From Promethearchaeota archaeon (GTDB lineage Archaea > Asgardarchaeota > Thorarchaeia > Thorarchaeales > Thorarchaeaceae), in NCBI GenBank assembly GCA_027031765.1, contig JALVPN010000080.1, forward strand, positions 1 through 15,234: DNA of 15,234 nucleotides, given 5' to 3'. The notes under the pieces are model-generated. The model was given only the letters and a program-made list of their open reading frames with translations, did no database searches and had not been told where the DNA came from. Every line of letters starts with the position of its first letter. Within the stretch, counting starts at the first letter, position 1. Positions 1 to 7,108 of this stretch are shown one piece after another. Made by a program: the position numbers and the translations under genes.

Positions 1-942
1 CCCCACACGACTGCGGAGCCGTTCCGTTATGGCGTCCGCCTCGCCCACCACGTCCTCCATGCTGACCGTGGTGTAGAACCGGTGCCATGTGCTCCAGACC
101 ACCGGTACCGTCTGCACTGTCCGGGCGCCCATCCTTGTCCTCACGAGTCCCAGGTACTCGTCAGTACACGCCTGAGGACTGTTGCCCACAAGGACTACCA
201 GCTCTTCGGAGATCGAGCTCCCACCCGGTGCAAGGCTGACACCACCCGCCACTGACATGGCCACCAGCTGTGCAATGGCTGGTGTGTCGCCCTCAGGGCA
301 GTAAGCAGCCACGACTGGTTCGTGGGAGAGCGCAGAGGCGAACCCTACGAGTACGCAGCGGTCTCTCAGTGCGGGCCCGTACAGCACAGTGAAAAGGTGA
401 CTGGTGTTCTCACCCCACGTCAGTGTGGCCGTCCTTGTGGGGTCGGCCGTGGAGCGTGGCAGCCGTAACATCCGTATCCTTGGTGACCCCCCACCGAGTG
501 TCTGGACCAGTCCCAGCCCGTCGGGGCCAGTGGAGAGTGGGATGATGGACTGGACGCTGGTCTCCTCTGCGCGACGGTTCCTGAACCTGACCGTGCACGA
601 GTACCCCCGTACACCTTCCCGTACGGCGAGCCGGATGTCGACCTCGGCGGTCTTCTCATAGTCCACAAGCCGCAGGACTGTCGCAATACCGCGTCCAGCC
701 CTGTCCTCAAAGTTCATGGAGCTGAGAGTGCGGAAGGTGAGCCTCCTTGAGTCGTAGACCGTGCTGCTGGTCTCCACCTGCACGTGCACCCCTCTCAGCA
801 ACTCCACTCCTGTTCCAAGGTCGACGAGTGTGACCTCACCGAGCGAGGTGTGGTACAGCACGGCAATGGTGCCGTTCTCAAGGCGTACGTAGTCTTCTGT
901 CACGGTGACCCTGCACTTGTCTGCTACTTCAGTCATTGACAT
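1..942 (-). CDS. Glycoside hydrolase family 36 (alpha-galactosidase)-like protein, N-terminal ~314 aa; runs off the window edge
   Basis: My own translation (not in the ORF track): the frame is open from ATG at 942 (alternatives 936, 960; GGTGGAG just upstream) to position 1. It reads MSMTEVADKCRVTVTEDYVRLENG...MGARTVQTVPVVWSTWHRFYTTVSMEDVVGEADAITERL. A beta-rich N-terminal region is followed by P-x-x-W-S-T-W-x-x-F-Y, resembling the P-x-G-W-C-S-W-Y motif that starts the GH36 TIM barrel. The catalytic aspartates would lie outside the window. Confidence 0.6.
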   Translation of the reverse strand, partial: MSMTEVADKCRVTVTEDYVRLENGTIAVLYHTSLGEVTLVDLGTGVELLRGVHVQVETSSTVYDSRRLTFRTLSSMNFEDRAGRGIATVLRLVDYEKTAEVDIRLAVREGVRGYSCTVRFRNRRAEETSVQSIIPLSTGPDGLGLVQTLGGGSPRIRMLRLPRSTADPTRTATLTWGENTSHLFTVLYGPALRDRCVLVGFASALSHEPVVAAYCPEGDTPAIAQLVAMSVAGGVSLAPGGSSISEELVVLVGNSPQACTDEYLGLVRTRMGARTVQTVPVVWSTWHRFYTTVSMEDVVGEADAITERLRSRVG

Positions 943-980
943 GCTCCACCCGCTGGACATCTGGACCGGAGGCGTGCGTC

Positions 981-1556
981 CTACTTGCGGCTGTCCATGT
1001 ACTTGCGGGCCTCCGCTTCTGCGTCCTCTGCCTCTCCATACTCAAATAGCCTCTTATGCGCCGTGGCCAGCAGCTCCCACACCTCCGCGTCCTTGGGCTG
1101 CATCCTCAGGTACAACTTGCAGTATTCCTTGACCCTGTCCCAGTCGCCGAGCTGCTCGTAGCACCGGGCACTGTAGTAGAGCGCACGTTTGTGGTCTCTC
1201 CTTGGGCCCATGAGCTCGTTGAACACCCTCAGTGCTTCTTCCCACTCCCCAGCCTCGTAGTACGCCATGCCCTCCTCGAACTTGGTCTCCATCTCACCGT
1301 AGTCTGACATCCTGGAGGCGATTGCACCGACAGTGGAGAGGGAGCCACAGCAGGCAACGATGGTTGCAATGGCCATTGCCATCCCCACCGCCATGGTCGG
1401 TGACACCGGCAGGATACCGTTCCCCCCCAGCCATGCAACGATGAGCCCTGCCACAACTATGAGCGCAACGAGCACTGCCAGACCACCGACCCCCAGCCCT
1501 CGCGGCAGGCCGGCTCCGACGCTCTCAGGTCCTCTGCTCTCAGGCTCCTCAATCAT
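981..1556 (-). CDS. Membrane-anchored TPR protein (two N-terminal TM helices, ~3 TPR-like units)
   Basis: ORF 981..1730 overlaps the upstream gene, so I place the start at ATG 1556 (MIEEPESR, 191 aa). Hydrophobic segments GLGVGGLAVLVALIVVAGLIVAWL and MAVGMAMAIATIVACCGSL are followed by TPR-type helices (FEEGMAYYEAGEWEEALRVFNEL; ALYYSARCYEQLGDWDRVKEYCKLYL; VWELLATAHKRLFEYGEAEDAEAEA). Confidence 0.8.
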   Translation of the reverse strand: MIEEPESRGPESVGAGLPRGLGVGGLAVLVALIVVAGLIVAWLGGNGILPVSPTMAVGMAMAIATIVACCGSLSTVGAIASRMSDYGEMETKFEEGMAYYEAGEWEEALRVFNELMGPRRDHKRALYYSARCYEQLGDWDRVKEYCKLYLRMQPKDAEVWELLATAHKRLFEYGEAEDAEAEARKYMDSRK

Positions 1557-1599
1557 ACACTCTGGTCTACTGCCGCCCCTTTTAGGTCTGATGAAACCC

Positions 1600-2250
1600 T
1601 CATTGCTGCATGTCATCATTCCTCTCAGCAGCCCGGGCACGTCCTGCCCTGCGTCTGTGCTCCTCTTCGAGGCGTCGTGAACGGAGCCTGTCACGTGCAA
1701 CCTGGAGCCACCGGTGCACACGCGGTGCAAGGGCCGGGTCGAGTGTCATGGCCAGCTCGGCATATGCTATCGCCCGCTCGTCGTCCTCCTCTATGAAGTG
1801 CGCATTGGCCTTGTTATAGAGTGCCTCAGCATAGTCAGGTCGCAGTGCCAGGGCGTGAGTATACGCCTCCATGGCCTTCCGTCCCTCGCCGAGCCTGGAG
1901 AACGTGTTGCCGAGGTTGTTCCAGCACTCCGCGTCCTCGGGTTCCAGCTCCAGCGCCCTCTCGTAGCACTTCCTCGCACCCTTGAAGTCCGCGAGCATGT
2001 ACAACACGTTGCCCTTGTTGTACCAGACCTCAAAGACCATGCTGTCAATGGCCAGCGCCTCGTCATACGCCTTTTCCGCCTCCTCCAACTGGTCGCACTC
2101 TGTCAGTGCAACCCCGAGGTTGTACCATCCTTCTATGGAGTCGGGGTGCTCCTCAGTATACTGCCTGAGCAACTCGACGGCCTCGTCGCTCATGCCGCTC
2201 TCTATCAGGGCGCACGCCCGGCGGATCCGTTCGTCGACGTGGTGGGCCAT
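1600..2250 (-). CDS. Soluble TPR-repeat protein (~5 repeats, basic C-terminal tail)
   Basis: Canonical 34-aa periodicity: GWYNLGVAL..LEEAEKAYDEALAID; VWYNKGNVL..FKGARKCYERALELEP; CWNNLGNTF..RKAMEAYTHALALRP; ALYNKANAH..ERAIAYAELAMTLDP. Confidence 0.92.
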   Translation of the reverse strand: MAHHVDERIRRACALIESGMSDEAVELLRQYTEEHPDSIEGWYNLGVALTECDQLEEAEKAYDEALAIDSMVFEVWYNKGNVLYMLADFKGARKCYERALELEPEDAECWNNLGNTFSRLGEGRKAMEAYTHALALRPDYAEALYNKANAHFIEEDDERAIAYAELAMTLDPALAPRVHRWLQVARDRLRSRRLEEEHRRRAGRARAAERNDDMQQ

Positions 2251-2436
2251 CTGTCATCGCTGCCACTCGTGTCCGGGGCCGGATAAGTATTGTCCAGTGT
2301 GCAGTGTCACTACTGGCATGCCCATTGTGCCCCCTCACCTGCCCTCGCGCCCTTCAGGACTGGCACAGTGATACGCTGTACCGTCTGTCGTCAGCATTGT
2401 GCGTCCGTCCACTGGCCAGCCCGGGGTGTGTCTGCC

Positions 2437-3288
2437 TCATAGTGGTCGTCGTCGACGGAACCGTGTGGGCCTGAGTCCATGTCGTTGTAGGACTGACATG
2501 GCCCGGTCGACGCCAGAGCCGATGTCCTCCGGCCGGTGTGCGTCCGAGCCCACGGTAAAGCGTGTCACACCGCGCTCGACCAGCGCAGACACCAGCGCCC
2601 TGCCGGGCATCGTGTCGCCGAGTCCCCATCTCACTGACGAGGCGTTCACCTCTGGGACGACACCACATTGGCGCAGGCTCTCGGCCACGGGGTCTACGTG
2701 TCCCTGCCACGCGTCCTCGACCGCGACACCATAGTGTGAGGTACCGTACCTCCGGTATATGTCAAGGTGCCCCAGCACATCGAACATCCGTGACTCGACA
2801 CACTCTACGACCAGTCCGAAGTAGGTCGATACGGTCCTCTCAAGACTACTAGATGCGAAGATGGCCCTTGCCTCGCGCTCGACAGAAATGGCATGCCTGT
2901 CAACGATGTGGACGGAACCGATCACGAGGTCGAAGTCAACGTCAAAGAACCCGTCCGGGAGTGCGGCTGCAACACCACGGTAGTAGTCCACCTCCGCACC
3001 CAGTAGTACGACGAGGCCACTGTCTGCATACCTGTCAGATGCCCCCTTTACTGCTGCCTCGTACTCCACTAGCCACTCCGGTGACGCGGCCGGCACCCAC
3101 TCCTTGCCCACGCGGACAATGCCGTCACTACGCCCCGGGAATGTGTCCACGTGCGTTGTGAAGCAGACCTCAGCGAGCCCGCGGCGGACTGCCTGTGCAC
3201 AGAACTCGTCAATGCTCCCGGTCGCGTCCACCGAGAAGTCAGGGTGCACATGATAGTCGACGCCCCACCTCTCGGCCGGTCCTGCCAT
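2437..3288 (-). CDS. PHP-domain phosphatase, histidinol-phosphatase (HisJ) family
   Basis: PHP metal-binding motifs in the expected order: DYHVH, CFTTH, GAEVDY, D-x-x-IGSVH, DVLGHLD, EVN, GSDAH. GGTGAGG lies upstream of the ATG. Substrate cannot be determined from sequence. Confidence 0.88.
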   Translation of the reverse strand: MAGPAERWGVDYHVHPDFSVDATGSIDEFCAQAVRRGLAEVCFTTHVDTFPGRSDGIVRVGKEWVPAASPEWLVEYEAAVKGASDRYADSGLVVLLGAEVDYYRGVAAALPDGFFDVDFDLVIGSVHIVDRHAISVEREARAIFASSSLERTVSTYFGLVVECVESRMFDVLGHLDIYRRYGTSHYGVAVEDAWQGHVDPVAESLRQCGVVPEVNASSVRWGLGDTMPGRALVSALVERGVTRFTVGSDAHRPEDIGSGVDRAMSVLQRHGLRPTRFRRRRPL

Positions 3289-3326
3289 CAGTGTCGTCCC
3301 TCACCGTCCGTGTGTCCTGCCACTCT

Positions 3327-4565
3327 TCAGAGCGGCTCCGTGCACACATCCGTGGCTGCTGGCCCGTTTACCGGCCTCTCTGTCAGGAAGGTGGCGGCCA
3401 CCCCGCCGGCGAAGCTCGTTACCACGAGGAAGATGATGGAGGCAGCCAGTCCGTATGTGTCGCCGATCAGTCCAAATAGCCATGGCGCCAGTGCTCCTGG
3501 GACTGCGCCGATGGAGAACAGCACGCCGAAGGCGAGCCCCCGGGCATGGGGCGGACTTATCTCCGTCTGGTAGGCCTGGCTCGCCGGTACACCGGCAAAA
3601 TATGTGAAGCCTATGCCGACCAGCACCACGATGAGGGCTGGTAGGTCGAGGGACAGGTTCAGCAGCAGCAGACATGGTGCCAGCAGCAACATCGACATGA
3701 CAATGAACGGCACCCGTTTCCCGACCCGGTCGGACACCCGCGCAAACACGAGCTCGCCGACCAGTCCTGCGGTCAACATTATGGTGGCCAGTATCCCGGA
3801 CGAGAGGGGCTCATAGCCATACCGCAGCGTCAGGTACAGTGGCATCAGCAGGGTGGTACACCTGAACGGTATCCCTCTCAGACCGGTGACGAGGAGCACG
3901 AGTACGAAGTCTCTTGTCCATACACTCCCGCTGGTCTCACTGTCAGTATGACCGTCTGCCGCCCCCGGCGGTACCTGTGGGGCCACCCTGCTCCTGCGTG
4001 AGAACACCATGAGGTAGAGTGTCGGCACGAATACGACCAGCCCGAGCATACCGAGTACGACCAGCGACGGCCGCCAGCCACCGAGGACTACCATCAGTGC
4101 GCTCCCCAAGAAGGGTGTGACTGCCACTCCCACAAGGCCGCCTGCAGCCTGTAGTCCGACAGCCTGTGCTCGTTCCTCCTCTGGGAACCTCTCAGACAGC
4201 GTGGGGAATGCCGACGGGTGGTAGGGCGAAACACCGAGGCCGAGGAGTACCTGGGCCGCTACCAGTATCCAGAGCCCAGTGGCCAGACTCGTGAATAGTA
4301 CCGCGATGGCCGAGAGGAGCACGCTGGCCGGGATGAACACGTCTCTCAGTCCACGGTCACCCAGTGGCCCAACTATGATGTGACACGCTGTCATTGTGAC
4401 CACGACTGCGCTCGTGGCAATCCCTACCTCGGTCAGTGAGAGCGAGAGGTCGGCCATGATCTCGGACAGGAACGGCGACAGTGCACCCGTATATACGTGG
4501 TTGAGAAAGTGTGCGAACATACACGCTACGAGCACGGCGATGGATGCTTTCCGGGTCTTGTCCAC
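3327..4565 (-). CDS. Major facilitator superfamily transporter
   Basis: About 12 hydrophobic segments in two halves. Motif-A-like GPLGDRG and ARVSDRVGKR, plus YHPSAFPTLSERFPEEERAQAVG. Likely start is GTG 4565 (VDKTRK) after GGTGAG; the ORF track begins at 4610. Confidence 0.9.
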   Translation of the reverse strand: MDKTRKASIAVLVACMFAHFLNHVYTGALSPFLSEIMADLSLSLTEVGIATSAVVVTMTACHIIVGPLGDRGLRDVFIPASVLLSAIAVLFTSLATGLWILVAAQVLLGLGVSPYHPSAFPTLSERFPEEERAQAVGLQAAGGLVGVAVTPFLGSALMVVLGGWRPSLVVLGMLGLVVFVPTLYLMVFSRRSRVAPQVPPGAADGHTDSETSGSVWTRDFVLVLLVTGLRGIPFRCTTLLMPLYLTLRYGYEPLSSGILATIMLTAGLVGELVFARVSDRVGKRVPFIVMSMLLLAPCLLLLNLSLDLPALIVVLVGIGFTYFAGVPASQAYQTEISPPHARGLAFGVLFSIGAVPGALAPWLFGLIGDTYGLAASIIFLVVTSFAGGVAATFLTERPVNGPAATDVCTEPL

Positions 4566-4638
4566 CTGCGTCGACTCACCAGTAGAGCTGTACCGCCCGT
4601 TGGCGCCCACCCTAGATTAAGGTCTATCGATGCCGGTC

Positions 4639-4727
4639 AAGAAAAGGCCACACGGACGGGAGTGCTCCCCGTGTGCGATGAGATGACCCGGGTGCGGCTG
4701 ACGGTCAGAAGTGTTCTGACCATCAGC
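4639..4727 (-). other. Two stem-loops followed by a TTTTCTT tract (terminator or structured RNA)
   Basis: Inverted repeat 4697-4727 (GCTGA-C-GGTCAGAA gtg TTCTGACC-A-TCAGC) forms a 14-bp stem with one U-G pair on the minus strand. Second hairpin 4649-4675 (CACACG..GGGA gtgc TCCC CGTGTG). Minus-strand TTTTCTT at 4645-4639. Confidence 0.55.
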
Positions 4728-4877
4728 TATCCGATTCCGACTCTTTTGTTTTCAAGACCTACGGCGACCTGCCTTATAAGTGGCCCAGACCAAGCAATCG
4801 AAGTGTTCCCACGTACACCTAGCCGCGTCACGCAACGGTCTTCTCGGGTAGCGATGGTCCTCTGGCAGTGTCCACGG

Positions 4878-6851
4878 TCAGAGCAGGCCGCACGTCCAGA
4901 GTACAATGCGGAGTGCTAGGCGTGCGTCCTGGCTACTATAGTACTCTCCGAGGAGTCCCCAGTTGTCGATGAAGAAGTTCGAGCCGGAAACGACAACTCT
5001 GCCGCCCCCGCTCGTCTCGAGTGCCCCAAGCACCGCATCACCCGCGTACTGGGCCAGCAGGACTGCGCCTGCGGGCAGGACTAGCGGTGCCCCATAGTAG
5101 TCAAAGGACGACACCCCCGTCGTGATGGGGTGGCTGTGAATGCTCGTCACTACGACCGGGTCACTACTGTCACGCCTGATGTAGTCGTCTGCAAGTGCAA
5201 TGCCTGTCCACTGGAGGAACTCGTTTGCGGACGCTATGTCGAGGCTTGAGTTGTCGAGGGCAGCCACGAACAGCCCGCCCCCATGTGTGACGTACTCCTC
5301 ATAGGCACTGGTCTCTTGGTCTGAGAACTCTATGGAGAAGAGGCTTGGTGATAGTGGGTCGGTCTCATTTGAGCCCCAAGCACAGGGGTCGAGGACGACG
5401 ACGCCGTCGTACCTGGCAAGTCTGTCAGCCGTTATCTCCGCCCTCTCCCTGATCTCGGTGACCGATATCCCACTGGCGGTGAGCAGCCTGTAGAGCTCCT
5501 TGAACTGTCCATAGGTCGTGTCAATGGTCCACGGTGTGTGTACTATGTCGAACGCCACCCTGGCCACCGCAGTCCCGGCTGTGATGTTCACCAGCAGTCC
5601 TGCCGTCCCAGCAGTCGCAGAGCTGAATGTGATGTTTGCCCAGTAGTTGGGCGTGCCGTCGTCAGGTATGGCTATTGTGAGCGTGACGTAGCCGGTCTGG
5701 TTCACGGTCACAGCACCGGGCAGGCTGAACACACCGGGTGTCGTTGACTGGACCTCGACACTATAGCTTGCAGTCCAGCTGTTGATGACCTCAATCTCGA
5801 ACGTGTAGTTGTCACCAAAGAAGAGGCGTTCAAAGTCGAGTGGCAGACTCCCCGGGTGGACGTATGTGACTGGTGGCCTGTTGCCCGTGGTGGCCTCCTC
5901 CTGCAACAGTGCGAGGGCGGCATCGGCATTGAGCTTCCCGGCCCCCACAACGTACTCCGGGTATGGCATCTCGGTCGCACCGGCCATCAGTACTGCCTTC
6001 ACCATCCCCGGTGTCCAGGGTATGTCGTTGGTCACGCAGTAATCAATCACTCTGGCCGCTGCCGCTGCGACCCGTGGTGCTGAAAAGCTCGTGCCGACGT
6101 ACATCTTGTTGCCGTGCACCACATAGCCCCTGGCTGCAATGTCGGGCTTCATTGTCCGGCCGGCCGTTGGGCCCCAGCTTGAGTAGTGTGCTGGCATCCC
6201 CGACTCGTTGAGGGCCGCTGCTGCGATTGCGTACTGGAACACTGCTGGTGAGTTGATACTGTTCCCCCGGATGCCGTGGTCTCCCTCGTTGCCGGCCGCC
6301 GCGACCACGACCACGCCGTGTCGGAAGGCCCACTCAACTATGTCTCTCATGGAGTCGTAGATGGTAGGAGTTGACCCAAGGCTGAGGTTGATCACATCGA
6401 CGCCCTGTTCCACGGCCCACTGGATGGCCGCAATGATTGCGGGTGAGGTCGCATGCCCCTCGTTGTCCAAGACCTTTGCAATGACGAGTCGTGCACTGCT
6501 CGCCCCGCTCAGTATTGTTTCGGCAACGATGGTGCCATGGGGTACGCCGCCTGGCCGTGTGTCGTCTGTTGACAGGTCGTTGCCGCTATACCCGTAGACT
6601 GTCCTGATGAAGCTCTGTCTGGCGACGACCCTCTGCTCCTCCACATAGTTCAGGTCGGCCCCGGAGTCGACCACTGCCACCCGCCCCGCGGTGCCGGTAG
6701 GTGCACCACCGGGCGGGTTCAAGAACAGGTACACCGAGGCACTCCCGATGAACAACATGAGGATGATCATCACGCCGACGAGTTTCACTACAGTGGAGGA
6801 GTCAGACTCCGCCGTCTCATTGTAGTAGGGTTCCCAGTAGTGAGTCCTCAA
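4878..6851 (-). CDS. Membrane-anchored S8 subtilase with Site-1-protease-like (MBTPS1/SKI-1) C-terminal domains
   Basis: Complete catalytic set: VAVVDSG (Asp, codon 6668-6666), HGTIVA (His), AAGNEG (oxyanion Asn), GTSFSAP (Ser), plus DVINLSLG, SSWGP and MKPDI. One N-terminal TM helix (VVKLVGVMIILMLFIGSASVYLFL). A beta-rich domain and an alpha/beta GATase-like domain follow the catalytic domain. Likely start is TTG 6851 with GGTGAT at 6855-6860 (657 aa); the ORF track begins at 7001. Confidence 0.88.
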   Translation of the reverse strand: MRTHYWEPYYNETAESDSSTVVKLVGVMIILMLFIGSASVYLFLNPPGGAPTGTAGRVAVVDSGADLNYVEEQRVVARQSFIRTVYGYSGNDLSTDDTRPGGVPHGTIVAETILSGASSARLVIAKVLDNEGHATSPAIIAAIQWAVEQGVDVINLSLGSTPTIYDSMRDIVEWAFRHGVVVVAAAGNEGDHGIRGNSINSPAVFQYAIAAAALNESGMPAHYSSWGPTAGRTMKPDIAARGYVVHGNKMYVGTSFSAPRVAAAAARVIDYCVTNDIPWTPGMVKAVLMAGATEMPYPEYVVGAGKLNADAALALLQEEATTGNRPPVTYVHPGSLPLDFERLFFGDNYTFEIEVINSWTASYSVEVQSTTPGVFSLPGAVTVNQTGYVTLTIAIPDDGTPNYWANITFSSATAGTAGLLVNITAGTAVARVAFDIVHTPWTIDTTYGQFKELYRLLTASGISVTEIRERAEITADRLARYDGVVVLDPCAWGSNETDPLSPSLFSIEFSDQETSAYEEYVTHGGGLFVAALDNSSLDIASANEFLQWTGIALADDYIRRDSSDPVVVTSIHSHPITTGVSSFDYYGAPLVLPAGAVLLAQYAGDAVLGALETSGGGRVVVSGSNFFIDNWGLLGEYYSSQDARLALRIVLWTCGLL

Positions 6852-7062
6852 GCAATCACCATCGCAGTGGCGCAGCAGTGCTGAACTGCATCCTACGGCC
6901 CGCCGGGAGCAACAAATGCAAAAGAACCTATCGGAGGCGAACATGCCTGTCCTCCCGTAGTGCGCAGCCCTTCCCACCGACCAGGACTCGGAAACCTTCA
7001 ATAGGTGGTGTGCCCTCCCCTGCTTGGAGCAGGGTATGAAGTGTCGACTCGCTACAATTTCA

Positions 7063-7068
7063 TTTATC
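7063..7068 (+). promoter_or_regulatory. Putative TATA box for the P-type ATPase gene
   Basis: TTTATC within an AT-rich patch about 40 nt upstream of ATG 7109, in a divergent intergenic region. Confidence 0.4.
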
Positions 7069-7108
7069 AGTCAGTGCGACACTCGACTACCTAGTTAGAG
7101 GGAACCAC

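Noticed and set aside
4649-4727. Iron-responsive-element-like hairpins (AGTG-containing loops)
   Set aside because: The loops are not CAGUGN, they occur on the strand opposite the neighbouring genes, and no iron gene is adjacent.
4497-4919. 140-aa plus-strand ORF spanning the MFS-protease intergenic region
   Set aside because: It overlaps both neighbours, has no recognisable domain, and crosses promoter-like and hairpin sequence.
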